Part shown: positions 18,033-28,786 of the stretch, in pieces | Layout: each line of letters opens with the position of its first letter | Numbering within the stretch: the first letter of the stretch is position 1 | Assembly: GCA_048938895.1 (NCBI GenBank) | Contig: JBHLLU010000009.1 | Coordinates: forward strand, 35,800 to 99,799 | Direction of reading: 5' to 3' | From: Promethearchaeota archaeon | Lineage (GTDB): Archaea; Asgardarchaeota; Lokiarchaeia; Sigyniarchaeales; SOKP01 | DNA: 64,000 bases | Notes under the pieces: generated by a model | What the model saw: the letters and a program-made list of their open reading frames with translations, nothing else | Told to the model about the DNA's origin: nothing | Databases searched by the model: none | Program-made: the position numbers and the translations under genes

Positions 18033-20786
18033 ATGAGAAAGTCTTTAAAAGTAATTGTTTTTTTTTTCTTACTTATATCCATAATTAACCCTATTCTACT
18101 TATTAGAGTAGCAAATGTTCTGTCTGATGAGGAACAGATGTCAAGCCCTTCAATTATAGAACCTGCTGCACCAAGTATTTTTGTTGTAGGTGCTTGTGGG
18201 CCACGCAACATAGCACACTGGGATCCATGTACTTATGTAACCAGTACGGGAGATTATTATTTGGATAATGCTCTTGAATGCTTATTTGCATTTCCATATA
18301 ACACAACAGGCGACCTTGATGAATTACAACCAGTACTTGCAACCAGTTGGACGTATGAATATAGGCCAAATGAAATGAATGTTGATGGTTTTGTAAATTA
18401 TGACGGAATTAAGTCAATGGAGATAACGCTTAGAGCTGGTGTTCAATTCCACGATGGTTCAGATTGGAATGCAACAGTATGCAAATGGAATATTGATAGA
18501 CTTATGACAATTTTGGGAAATATCAGTGGTGTTCTGACATACATTGATGCGAATATACATTCTGCACAAGATAATTATTGGTTGCAAGTAGATGATTGGG
18601 CTGAATTTGAAACCGCCAGTTGGAATGTTACACAGTTTAATGGAATCCCTTCCAGCTATGCAGAATATGGGATTTCTGGAGATTTAATCAGTCGCTTTCC
18701 TCGCTTTGCAAATGTAACAATTATAGAAGATTTACCATCAGGAGGAAAAGTCAAAATCTATTTTAATGATTGGCGTACTGGTCCACACTATCTCAAGGGA
18801 ATAGAGATGATCTCAATGTACAGTTATGTAGATTATTTTGATACTATTATCAAAGGTTATGGTGATGATCCCGCTTTTCCACAAGATAATCCTGCAGTTT
18901 TTCCTGGACACTTAATAGGTACTGGTCCTTATATTTTTAATGAACATGTAATGGATGTTGGTACAATGACAAGATTTGATAACTGGTGGAATGCCACTGC
19001 TCAACAGGCTGAGGGTTTTCATAGTGTTCCAGAAGTTGCTTTGGCTACATTTGCCCACACAGAAGCAGGATATCAAGCTAGAAGTACTGCTATGGTTACT
19101 GGGGATGTTCACTTCGCTTATGATCGAGCATGGGAACCCCTTAATTATGATGATATGATTGCAGCTCCAAATGTAAACTATATACCTCTGGGAGTTGAAA
19201 GTTACGGAGAGAATATCATTTTAAATTGCATAAATGAAACAATTATGAAAAGTTTTTATGCTGATCTAGGTATAGATATGAGTCCCTACTACGCACCTTT
19301 CCAAGCGTCATTCATAGCTTCAGGAATTATGAATTCGGATGGTACAATAAACGTGCATGGGGTGAATCGAGCGTTTAGGAAAGCGATTTCTTATGCGTTT
19401 GATTATGATACATATATTCATGTTGCCTTCAATGATCGGGTGGTACGTTCGGGAGGACTTCTTGGAAAAGTGAATCCGTATTATAATAGCTCCATATCGA
19501 TTGCTACTCAAGATCTCACTATAGCACGTCAAACCCTTTTAGATGATCCATTTTGGGGACCAAAATGTGCTGCTAGAGGCCTTGATATAAGTAGTGCAAC
19601 AAGTGAATGGAATGCAGTAGCGGATATCAATCCTATTTATACTATGGAGTATAGTTGGGATCAAGCCCATTTAGAAGCATATAGTGTATTGACAGCAAGC
19701 CTTAGAGATATTGGATGTAGTATAGATGGTTGGGAAGATATACCTGATACATACTCTAAAATGACTGCATATTTTACTTTTCCTTGGTTCACAACCGATG
19801 GTTTTGCCATGAAATTTTATTATCCCCCAATAGAGGTTCTTCCTTACATTGAAGCCTATTATAAGAGTCCCTCTGGATCTATACCACTCTGGCCATATAA
19901 TCAATTTTACAATATGGGCTTTAACTATAATTCAACGTGCGATGATTTAATTGAAAGACTAAAATTTCAAAACAGTACTGGAATACAGGATTTATACAAT
20001 AAACTAGCTCATTGGGTTCAGAACTATCAATATCCATGTATATATTTAGCAAACGATTTGATTGGGTATGCCATTAATGAGGATTTTGAATATACCTGGT
20101 ACTGGGAGACCTTCAAGTATAATTTAGTTAAAGCTGCTCCAAATCTATTGCCAGAGGCTGATTTTATAGTTGATACTACAAATATCATAGAAGGTGAATC
20201 AGTGAACTTTACATTTACTGGTAGTGAAGGAGATCCTTCAGCAACATATCAATGGGATTTTGGGGATGGATATTATTCTGCAAATCAGAATCCAACTCAC
20301 CAGTATACTACAGCGGGAATCTATACTGTCAGCTTATATATTATAGATGCTAATGGTGATTCTGATAATGAGACAAAGGTAGATTTTATAACCGTAGATC
20401 CAGATTTGGTTCCGCATTCTAATTTTACTACTGATACCACAACAATTGTAAAAAATGAATGGATAGAATTTGAATTTACTGGAACTATAGGGAATTCTCC
20501 AGCGACTTTTCTTTGGAATTTTGGGGATGGCTTAACTTCTACAATTCAGAATCCAACTCACCAATATACGACAGTAGGAACTTTTAGTGTTAGTTTAATT
20601 GTAATTGATAAGAATGGGGATTTAGATACAGAAACTAAAACAGATTATATTATTGTTGAAGAAACTCCGTCTGATGTGGAAATATTTGGATATGAGACAA
20701 ATCTCATCATTGGAATTATTGCCATAACAATTGCTGTAATAATCCTTAAAAAACCCAAGTTTAAAACCAAATTAAAAGGAAGATAA
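18033..20786 (+). CDS. ABC transporter substrate-binding protein (family 5) with two PKD domains and a C-terminal membrane anchor
   Basis: Signal peptide; LQPVLATSW, LRAGVQFHDGS, GTGPY, FRKAISYAFD; two W[DN]FGDG...NPTHQY...G PKD repeats; tail IFGY-TM-KKPK. Confidence 0.9.
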   Translation: MRKSLKVIVFFFLLISIINPILLIRVANVLSDEEQMSSPSIIEPAAPSIFVVGACGPRNIAHWDPCTYVTSTGDYYLDNALECLFAFPYNTTGDLDELQPVLATSWTYEYRPNEMNVDGFVNYDGIKSMEITLRAGVQFHDGSDWNATVCKWNIDRLMTILGNISGVLTYIDANIHSAQDNYWLQVDDWAEFETASWNVTQFNGIPSSYAEYGISGDLISRFPRFANVTIIEDLPSGGKVKIYFNDWRTGPHYLKGIEMISMYSYVDYFDTIIKGYGDDPAFPQDNPAVFPGHLIGTGPYIFNEHVMDVGTMTRFDNWWNATAQQAEGFHSVPEVALATFAHTEAGYQARSTAMVTGDVHFAYDRAWEPLNYDDMIAAPNVNYIPLGVESYGENIILNCINETIMKSFYADLGIDMSPYYAPFQASFIASGIMNSDGTINVHGVNRAFRKAISYAFDYDTYIHVAFNDRVVRSGGLLGKVNPYYNSSISIATQDLTIARQTLLDDPFWGPKCAARGLDISSATSEWNAVADINPIYTMEYSWDQAHLEAYSVLTASLRDIGCSIDGWEDIPDTYSKMTAYFTFPWFTTDGFAMKFYYPPIEVLPYIEAYYKSPSGSIPLWPYNQFYNMGFNYNSTCDDLIERLKFQNSTGIQDLYNKLAHWVQNYQYPCIYLANDLIGYAINEDFEYTWYWETFKYNLVKAAPNLLPEADFIVDTTNIIEGESVNFTFTGSEGDPSATYQWDFGDGYYSANQNPTHQYTTAGIYTVSLYIIDANGDSDNETKVDFITVDPDLVPHSNFTTDTTTIVKNEWIEFEFTGTIGNSPATFLWNFGDGLTSTIQNPTHQYTTVGTFSVSLIVIDKNGDLDTETKTDYIIVEETPSDVEIFGYETNLIIGIIAITIAVIILKKPKFKTKLKGR

Positions 20787-20814
20787 TAAATCTTCTATAT
20801 ATTTTTTTTTCTTA

Positions 20815-22212
20815 CTATAATTTGCATAGTTCCAAAATTCTTCCCCAACAGGGATACAACTCAGGAATTAATAATTGATTGCGTCTAACAATATATTCTT
20901 TATCTCCTCCTTGTTCCAATATTTCTACGAATCGAGAACCTTCTAAATTTAGATTCCATAATGGGATAACTTTTTCAGTTTTATTAAAGCTGCTATTTAT
21001 AATTATCAATAGGGTCTGTTTAGTAGAACGTCTAAAATATGCTATAACGTTTTTATCTGCAAAAACAGGTGTTAGGTCGCCATGTGTTAATGCATGATTA
21101 TTTTTTCTTATCTCTATAAAGTTTTGGATGTTTCTAAAGATATCGCTACTCATTGAAGGCCATCCATCATAAGAGCTTGGCATCGGCTGCCTTACATCAT
21201 CATCAGAGTACTTTGTTTTTATTCCCCTAAGGCCTATTTCATCACCATAATAAATTTTAGGAATTCCATTAGCAGTAAGAAGGAACATAAATGCAGGAAA
21301 AATATATCTGTCATCCTTGAGAACAGAGCGAATCCTCGTACAATCATGATTTCCTAAAAAATTTAAAAAAGTTATGTCTTTAAATAAACCCCATTTAGGA
21401 TGAAATGATCTCTCTAAAACCGCTTTCAGCTCATATATATTATTAGAATTTATCGCACTCCAAATGGATTTATAAACATGATATCCAGTCCCCGCATCTA
21501 ATAATTCTGGTCCCACCCATTTATTATAAGGTTCACGAATCAATTCTCCAACTAAAAGGCAATCAGGTTTGGCTTTTTTGCAAACTTGTCTAAATTCCCG
21601 CCAAAAACTAGCATGTATTAAATAAGCTACGTCTAAACGCCAACCATCTATTCCAATTTCTTCTAACCAATATCTACAAACAGAAAAAATATATTCTCGT
21701 ACATCTTTTTCGGTTAGGTTTAACTTTACAAGTCCATAATGTCCTTCCCAATTTTTGTAGTCAAAACCATCATTATATGGATTATTTCTTGAGAAATCAA
21801 TAAAGTGCCAATGTTTTCGCCAAGATTTTTCCCGGTAGATTTGTATATCTTTGAATGATTCAAATTCCCTGCCGACATGGTTAAAAACGCCATCAATAAT
21901 AACTCTAATATTCATATTGTGTAGTTCAGTAATAATTTGTTTAAACAAATCATTGTTTCCTAAACGATGGTCTATTTTCATGTAATCTTTTGTATCATAT
22001 CCATGCGAAACGGATTCAAATAATGGTCCAAACTGAATCACATTAACTCCTAAATTCTTGAAATGATCATAGAAATTTCTAATTTCCGCTAAACGATCAA
22101 CCTGCCCATTTTCAGCCGTATTATATTTAGGAGCTCCAAAAAAGCCTAATGGATATATATGATATAGGATTGCTGTCTTTGCCCATTCAGGGATATAATC
22201 AATTTGTTCCAT
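20815..22212 (-). CDS. GH13 alpha-amylase family (cyclomaltodextrinase/neopullulanase-like)
   Basis: HGYDT, DGVFNH, GIDGWRLDVA, GE, NHD, GIPKIYYGDE. Confidence 0.92.
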   Translation of the reverse strand: MEQIDYIPEWAKTAILYHIYPLGFFGAPKYNTAENGQVDRLAEIRNFYDHFKNLGVNVIQFGPLFESVSHGYDTKDYMKIDHRLGNNDLFKQIITELHNMNIRVIIDGVFNHVGREFESFKDIQIYREKSWRKHWHFIDFSRNNPYNDGFDYKNWEGHYGLVKLNLTEKDVREYIFSVCRYWLEEIGIDGWRLDVAYLIHASFWREFRQVCKKAKPDCLLVGELIREPYNKWVGPELLDAGTGYHVYKSIWSAINSNNIYELKAVLERSFHPKWGLFKDITFLNFLGNHDCTRIRSVLKDDRYIFPAFMFLLTANGIPKIYYGDEIGLRGIKTKYSDDDVRQPMPSSYDGWPSMSSDIFRNIQNFIEIRKNNHALTHGDLTPVFADKNVIAYFRRSTKQTLLIIINSSFNKTEKVIPLWNLNLEGSRFVEILEQGGDKEYIVRRNQLLIPELYPCWGRILELCKL

Positions 22213-22341
22213 TGATGAATAAAATAGTCCCTAGTTAATCTATTTTGTTTTAATTGGGAAAAGAATCAAAATCTATTTTTTTACAAAACCTTTAAGGTTG
22301 TGCTATTTAGATTCTTGCTTTCAAGAAGATAAGTTAGGTTT

Positions 22342-22857
22342 TTATCTGATTACCATCACATCACAAGGAGCATTCTTCACTACAGCTTCAGCTACAGAAC
22401 CTAAAAATACTTGGCTAAGCTTTGAATGAACCCCTTTAATACCAATAACAATGAGATCATATTTCTTTGCAACTTTTTGAATATAATCTTCAGGGTTATC
22501 ATTTTTTACCAACTTTATTTTCGCTGGGACTTGAACTTCATCAAATATTGCTTTTTTTTCCGTTAAAATATTCTGCGCTATTGTAAAAACCTCAGAGAAG
22601 CTTAATCTTTGTATTTCAGGCTCATCTACTCCTTTTATTAACATCGGTTGACTGATAACCCTACCAGTAAGATATGAATTAGCATCATAGGGAATAGTCA
22701 AGTTAGGAGAAGTTGGGGAAACTTTTTTTAGCATATGCTTGATTGAATGAAAGATAACAATTTTACTCCCCCATTTTTTATGAAAACCAATAATAATTGG
22801 CGCAGCTCGGTTTATATGCTTGCTCCCATCAGTGGCTATTAGAATTTTCTTATACAT
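22342..22857 (-). CDS. Universal stress protein
   Basis: MYKKILIATDGS...LGSVAEAVVKNAPCDVMVIR. Start set at ATG 22857 by comparison with paralog 13697..14218. Confidence 0.92.
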   Translation of the reverse strand: MYKKILIATDGSKHINRAAPIIIGFHKKWGSKIVIFHSIKHMLKKVSPTSPNLTIPYDANSYLTGRVISQPMLIKGVDEPEIQRLSFSEVFTIAQNILTEKKAIFDEVQVPAKIKLVKNDNPEDYIQKVAKKYDLIVIGIKGVHSKLSQVFLGSVAEAVVKNAPCDVMVIR

Positions 22858-22890
22858 AAGATTTCTCTCAAGGCTATCTTTTATAAAAAC

Positions 22891-22932
22891 TAGCAAGTGT
22901 TAACTTTTAAATTTACTTTCTTTAATTTATAA
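22891..22932 (-). promoter_or_regulatory. Conserved upstream element of the minus-strand USP genes, copy 2
   Basis: 35/42 identical to 14251-14292. Confidence 0.55.
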
Positions 22933-23070
22933 TATTAGAACCAGTTATTCCAATTAACATCAAAAGTTCAATTATAATAAAAGATTTATATTTTTTTATA
23001 ATCACCTTTATCTACTATTCTGGGTTTTTTATATAGATACAAGTTGTAATTAATTGGAGGTGTTAAACCT

Positions 23071-23475
23071 ATATTTAACAAGATCTTAATTGGAATTGAT
23101 GAGTCAGAAGGATCGATAAAAGCAGCTAAAAAAGTGATTGAAATTCAAAAAGGTTCTGAAGGTAAAGTAATAGCATTTCACTCAACTGAGCATCGAAAAT
23201 CAGATTCAGATGCTAAAGATAATGAAGAACACAGTAAAAAAGTCTTTTCTGAGGTAGAAAAATTGTTAAAAGAAGCAAACATTTTATTTGAAAAAAGGCT
23301 TATCACTGATATTAACGCAGAGGATTATATAAAAGACATTGTTGAAAAGGAGAATATTAGTCTTGTCGTCCTCGGTTATAGTGGGAAGCATGGAATTCTA
23401 AAAAGGAGAATACTAGGTTCCATTCCAACCCAAGTCATGAACAATGTATTATGTAATTTACTGATTGTAAAATAA
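23071..23475 (+). CDS. Universal stress protein (probable ATA start)
   Basis: The frame upstream of GTG 23134 reads IFNKILIGIDESEGS, the USP beta1 strand. GGAGGTG at 23056-23062 lies 8 nt before ATA 23071; in-frame stop at 23047. Confidence 0.85.
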   Translation: MFNKILIGIDESEGSIKAAKKVIEIQKGSEGKVIAFHSTEHRKSDSDAKDNEEHSKKVFSEVEKLLKEANILFEKRLITDINAEDYIKDIVEKENISLVVLGYSGKHGILKRRILGSIPTQVMNNVLCNLLIVK

Positions 23476-23574
23476 ATTAATTGAAAACAAACTCTAAAAA
23501 AATATCCAATTATATTTTATTTTACCTTACATTCTCTAAATTATTTACGAGCATAATGGTTCGAGAATTAAGGA

Positions 23575-25287
23575 TTATTTTTTAGCAAAGGGTTCAAGAT
23601 CTAGTGCTTCAAATAATCCATCATTCGCTTCAATCGTACCTAAAAAGTGCCACTCCCCTTCTTCAACATTTTGACCATTTGCATATGTATTTGCCATATT
23701 ATAGAGCCTGTTAAAATTGTCATAGTGAAGAGCTATCCTGTTTTCAGCATAATCTCGCGCAGACCAAGTTGTTATTAAGAATTGCCAATCACTGCTCTCA
23801 AGTAACAATAATTCTCGTGCCATTTGCTTGAGGATTTTAATCAGATTAGGATCATGTGAATATTTATGTTTAGCTATAATCTCTTCACTCTTAGCTTCAC
23901 ATTCATAAATTCTAGACCACGTCCACGTTGTCCATTCATTAAGCCACACCCAATGAGATGATGCTTGACCCCACGATCCCTCAATCACACTAACAACTTT
24001 ATTTGGGGGATTATTTTCTGCGTAAATTCTAGTATTTGTTAGATTTATTTCAGGATCATCTTCCATCCATCTAAGGATGCGTGATATCCACCAGTTTCCT
24101 TCAAACCACCAGTGTCCGAAGAGTTCTGCATCGTAGGGTGCCACTATAATACCCTTTCTTTCAAATCGATGTTTATAATCTCTTAATATGTCTTTAGCTA
24201 GATTTATGTAATGACTAGCATTCTCATCTAGTTTGTTTGGAACATCTTCTGGCCAATAAAGCATTTTCTTACCTAGATCGAGTTTTGGGCTCGTAACCTT
24301 CCAGTACTTCAAACCTCCAGGAAAATGTTTCTTATGGAAGTCTAAATATTCTGCACAACCGGGATAACCATGTTCCCCCGACCAAACCACTATACCCGTT
24401 TTTTCATCTCTAGTAAAGAAACCAACTGGACCGGGAGTGCTGGGATCAGTGGAAACCAAGTAAGGTTCATATTGTGATTTTTCAAAAGAAGTTGGAATTT
24501 CTTCATATTGTGATTCAAATTGCTTCCATAATTCAGCTAGCAAGGGAAAACGAGCAGCATAAACACCCTGTGATTTTCCGCCAAGCAATAAAGCAGTATC
24601 AATGAAGAAGTATTTTAATCCATTTTTCGCTAGGAAATATTCTAAACCAGGTCTATCATATTCCTCACCAGTTATTGGATTTTTCCATCGGTATCCTGGA
24701 CGATAAGCACATTCAGGCAACCAAACACCTGTAGGAGATCTTCCAAAATGTCTTTTATAATTATCAACAGCTGTTTTAAATTGAGCATCAATAGAACTTT
24801 CCTTAGAAAGAAGGGGTGCGTATCCATGGGTTGCTCCGCAGGTTATAATGTCTAATAAACCCATATCTTGTAGTTTTTTAAACTCACCTACAATATCTTT
24901 ATTATATCGGTGTAGGAAATCTTCCTTTACTCGGGAATAGAACTCCTGCCACCATTTCGTTAGTTTAATCCTTCCTTCTTCATATTTATTTTCGGTGAAA
25001 TCATTGTAATCATAAACAGCGGCGTTATATTTCTCATCTAAATACCCTTGAAATCCATCAATAAAGGTGGGATGACGTAACATCTCACATAAAACAGGAG
25101 TAAGGGTTAATGTCAATTTTGGTTTATATCCATCATCAACAAGTTTATTAAGTTCCATCAATAAGGGGATATAAGTTTCAGCTGCTGCTTCATTGAGCCA
25201 ATCTGTCCCATGGGGCCAGACGCCATGATTAAGAACCCACGGTAAATGAGCATGAAGCGTCAGGCAATAACTACCAATTTCACTCAT
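23575..25287 (-). CDS. GH57 1,4-alpha-glucan branching enzyme (DUF1957 type), copy 2
   Basis: LHAHLPW, ETYIP, TCGATHG, GVWLPECAY, DAELFGHWWFEG, SSDWQF. Confidence 0.93.
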   Translation of the reverse strand: MSEIGSYCLTLHAHLPWVLNHGVWPHGTDWLNEAAAETYIPLLMELNKLVDDGYKPKLTLTLTPVLCEMLRHPTFIDGFQGYLDEKYNAAVYDYNDFTENKYEEGRIKLTKWWQEFYSRVKEDFLHRYNKDIVGEFKKLQDMGLLDIITCGATHGYAPLLSKESSIDAQFKTAVDNYKRHFGRSPTGVWLPECAYRPGYRWKNPITGEEYDRPGLEYFLAKNGLKYFFIDTALLLGGKSQGVYAARFPLLAELWKQFESQYEEIPTSFEKSQYEPYLVSTDPSTPGPVGFFTRDEKTGIVVWSGEHGYPGCAEYLDFHKKHFPGGLKYWKVTSPKLDLGKKMLYWPEDVPNKLDENASHYINLAKDILRDYKHRFERKGIIVAPYDAELFGHWWFEGNWWISRILRWMEDDPEINLTNTRIYAENNPPNKVVSVIEGSWGQASSHWVWLNEWTTWTWSRIYECEAKSEEIIAKHKYSHDPNLIKILKQMARELLLLESSDWQFLITTWSARDYAENRIALHYDNFNRLYNMANTYANGQNVEEGEWHFLGTIEANDGLFEALDLEPFAKK

Positions 25288-25452
25288 AATTTCTCAATGA
25301 ATAAATTATAGTATAGTATATAATTCTATCTTAAATACTTAAAAGATAATGATGATTAATTAAAAACGGTAAAGTTATATAATGTAGTTTAGTTAGGTAT
25401 TATTATTATATCCAATCAAAAATAAATCATAAATTTAAAATTGCAATCTTAA

Positions 25453-26841
25453 ATGACTCTTACACCAATAAAAAATCTTAATGAACTGAACAAAAACGGG
25501 AGAATTATTGGTAAGGCAAATTATGTTTTCACACCAGAAATATCAAGTTCAATTGGTTCTATCCATGGGAGTTTATTTAATCAGAATGAATCTATTGTTA
25601 TGGGAAGAGATTATCATAATGATAGCAGAATGTTGAAAAGGGCATATACATCTGGTGTGATGTCTACAGGAATTAACCTTCTAAATTTATCAGATAGTAC
25701 TTTTCCCCTGGTACAATTTACAATTAGACGATTTGGAGCTAGTGGTGGTGTATACTTTTCAGGAGGTCATCTATTTAGTGAAGATGTGGGAATAAGGTTC
25801 TTAGATGCTGGAGGAATAGAAGTTTCAAAGAGCCAAATTCAAAAGATAATTGATTCTTATAATTCCTATCCAAAGCAAGTAAGGAGAGTTGATCCGAATG
25901 AAATTGGACAAATTACCACTATTTATCAGACTTCTGACATTTACATTAAGTCTTTACAACAATTTGTCGATAAGAAAAAAATTAAGAAAGCTAACTTAAA
26001 AATAGTTGTAGATTGTTCATATGGTCCTACGGGTAAGATAACTCCACTTCTAATAAACGAAATCGGGGTTGAAGTAATTGCTTTGAATACTCATTACCGT
26101 GAAAGGTCTTCTAGTCCTGTACCAAGCATCAATACTATAAGAAATACTGCGGATATAGTTAAGGCTTCAAATAGTCATCTTGGAGTGTGTTTTGACGTAG
26201 ATGGTTCACGAATATTGGTTGTTGATGAAAATGGTTTAGAGATTTGTTTTGAAGATTTACTTATGTTATTTGTAAGTTTTGATAAGCGTATCCAAAACTC
26301 AAGAGCAAATACAATTATAACAACACCTTCAATTCCTCCTGTGGTAAAGGATTTTATAGAAAATGGAGGTTTTCCTATTAAACAAGTTGAGAATTACCCT
26401 GGGGAAATTTCTAGACAAATTAGAGAGGAGAGAGCTTGTTTTGCCGCAGCAGACACGTTGAAGTTTTATTTTCCAGAGTGGGCTCCTTTTTCTGATGGTA
26501 ATTTTATTTTACTTAAGATTCTTGATATAATGACAAATCAAGATGATCTACTCAGTTCTCTAACTAAAGGATTTCCAAAAGGTACAAAGATTAATAAAAC
26601 AGTTCCAATTTCTCAAGATCTTTTAGACAATATACATAATCGATTAAGAGAGGCTGCCGAAGAATCAGGATATAGATACCATGATATCATAAATGAATTA
26701 AAAGTCATAGACAATAATGGTTATGCTCTGATAAAAGTGGCTTTACATAGGAATGCAATACTCTTATCTGCGGAATCCGTGCATAAAGAGGAAGCTCAGA
26801 AAATGATTGATAAGCTAGAAAAGATAATTTTAAAACTCTAA
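25453..26841 (+). CDS. Phosphoglucomutase/phosphomannomutase-fold protein lacking the catalytic Ser motif
   Basis: GRD, LKIVVDCSYG and FDVDGSR are present, but SGGHL stands where TASHN is expected. Confidence 0.8.
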   Translation: MTLTPIKNLNELNKNGRIIGKANYVFTPEISSSIGSIHGSLFNQNESIVMGRDYHNDSRMLKRAYTSGVMSTGINLLNLSDSTFPLVQFTIRRFGASGGVYFSGGHLFSEDVGIRFLDAGGIEVSKSQIQKIIDSYNSYPKQVRRVDPNEIGQITTIYQTSDIYIKSLQQFVDKKKIKKANLKIVVDCSYGPTGKITPLLINEIGVEVIALNTHYRERSSSPVPSINTIRNTADIVKASNSHLGVCFDVDGSRILVVDENGLEICFEDLLMLFVSFDKRIQNSRANTIITTPSIPPVVKDFIENGGFPIKQVENYPGEISRQIREERACFAAADTLKFYFPEWAPFSDGNFILLKILDIMTNQDDLLSSLTKGFPKGTKINKTVPISQDLLDNIHNRLREAAEESGYRYHDIINELKVIDNNGYALIKVALHRNAILLSAESVHKEEAQKMIDKLEKIILKL

Positions 26842-26976
26842 GTTCACAAAAGAACTTAAAGATCTAATTCAAATTATTAAAATTATATTATTATATTTAG
26901 AATTAAAAATTTAAAACAAAAGCAACTAATTATATAATAATATAAATTAACTTAAGAACAAGTAAAAGATGATTTT

Positions 26977-27636
26977 ATGGTCGATGCTAGTGCTGTTATC
27001 GTTATAATTACTTTTTTTGTGATTTATGGTATATTTTTGGTTTTTGATCTATTCAAAAGAAATGAAAAATACGCATATTTAAGCTATATTGTTGCAGTGC
27101 TTCCTGTCAACTTCTATTGGGGTTTAGGCTACGATGTTTTATTTGCTTACGTTATTCTTTTCATCTTATGGATCATCAGCTTATTACGAGACACAATTGC
27201 TATGTATCTCAAAAGAGATAAAGAGATAAATGAGATTCTTTTGTACCTAACACTTGCTATTATTATTCAACTAATAATTAGTGCAATATTACCAGAAGTA
27301 AATTCTGATTTAACGAATTACACCGAACAAGTATTATACTTTTGGTTACCAAACGTTCATTCTGCTGTTTTCAGAGAAAGTACAGCAATAATCTTTAAAG
27401 TGACCGCGACAATATTGGTACTCTTAGTGATTGTCCCTTTAATCATAGATATAAGGGATGAAGAAGCAACATTACCCGTCTTAATTTTATTTGTTGCCAT
27501 ATTTATACTCCCCTTTCTATATTTAAGCTATATATGGCTTCCTGAGGCAATGGGTGTTATGACATTTTTATTTTCAGTAGTACTCTTTTTAGTTTTGCTT
27601 CTTATAACGCGGTCTGGCAAGGAAATAAAAAAATAG
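26977..27636 (+). CDS. Hypothetical multi-pass membrane protein
   Basis: 219 aa, about seven hydrophobic segments. Confidence 0.7.
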   Translation: MVDASAVIVIITFFVIYGIFLVFDLFKRNEKYAYLSYIVAVLPVNFYWGLGYDVLFAYVILFILWIISLLRDTIAMYLKRDKEINEILLYLTLAIIIQLIISAILPEVNSDLTNYTEQVLYFWLPNVHSAVFRESTAIIFKVTATILVLLVIVPLIIDIRDEEATLPVLILFVAIFILPFLYLSYIWLPEAMGVMTFLFSVVLFLVLLLITRSGKEIKK

Positions 27637-27741
27637 TCTGTAATTCTTCAAACAACTTTTTCTTATTATTTTTATATTTATTTCACGAATAAATAGTACT
27701 TTATGAGGAATTCAAATAGTAATATTTCTTTATATTCTGTA

Positions 27742-28740
27742 ATGGCAAAAAAAAAAGTTAGTGTTGATTCTGAAAATGAGGGTGTTGAGCCAATATCCAA
27801 ATCTTCTTATAGTTTAAAAGACCTTCCTGGTGTTGGAGATGCAACCTTAAAGAAATTAAAAGATGCAGGTATATTATCAGTTAGGACTTTAGCGATGTAT
27901 CCTTTGAGTAAACTGACTGATGAGGTCGGATTAGGAGACAAAACTGCTGAAAAATTAGTTAAAACTGCTCAAGACGTAGAAAACATGAAATTTAAATCTG
28001 CTGATGAAATTTGGGAAAAACGTAAACTATTAAACAAACTCTCTACAGGTAGCCAGAATTTTGACGATTTATTAGGTGGAGGAATTGAACCTGGTGCGGT
28101 TACTGAGCTTTTTGGTGAATACCGTACAGGAAAAACTCAATTAGCCCATCAATTATGTGTGAATGTACAGTTACCATATGAGGAAGGTGGGCTTGAGGGT
28201 AATGCTCTCTATATCGACACTGAAGGTACATTTCGACCAGAAAGAATTATTCAGATGGCGACTGCGTTAGATTTAGATCCAAATGAAACATTGAGAAATA
28301 TAACTGTTGGAAGAGCCTATAACAGTGATCATCAAATACTTTTAATTCAAGAATCTCCTAAAATTATTGAAGATAAAGCTATTAAATTAATTATTGTAGA
28401 TTCATTGATTGGACATTTCCGAAGTGAATACGTTGGGAGAGGAACTTTAGCATCACGTCAACAAACTATAAATTCACATATACATGATCTACTAAGATTA
28501 TCAGAAGTATATGATGAGTTAGCAGTTCTGTTCACAAACCAAGTTTCCGCTAAGCCTGATGTATTCTATGGAAATCCTTTAACTCACACAGGAGGTCATG
28601 TCGTCGCTCATGGTGCAACAATAAGAATCTTTCTAAGAAAAGGAAAGGGGGAACAACGAATTGCTAAAGTTGTTGATGCTCCAAATATTCCTGAAAGTGA
28701 TACTGTTTTTAGTATAACAGAAGATGGAATAAAGGATTAG
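27742..28740 (+). CDS. radA: DNA repair and recombination protein RadA
   Basis: N-terminal HhH (LPGVG), Walker A GEYRTGKT, YIDTEGTFRPER, LIIVDS, GRGTLASRQ. Likely start ATG 27742. Confidence 0.96.
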   Translation: MAKKKVSVDSENEGVEPISKSSYSLKDLPGVGDATLKKLKDAGILSVRTLAMYPLSKLTDEVGLGDKTAEKLVKTAQDVENMKFKSADEIWEKRKLLNKLSTGSQNFDDLLGGGIEPGAVTELFGEYRTGKTQLAHQLCVNVQLPYEEGGLEGNALYIDTEGTFRPERIIQMATALDLDPNETLRNITVGRAYNSDHQILLIQESPKIIEDKAIKLIIVDSLIGHFRSEYVGRGTLASRQQTINSHIHDLLRLSEVYDELAVLFTNQVSAKPDVFYGNPLTHTGGHVVAHGATIRIFLRKGKGEQRIAKVVDAPNIPESDTVFSITEDGIKD

Positions 28741-28786
28741 AAATGATTATATTAACTATTTCTAAAAAAAAACTGTTAAGGAATAC

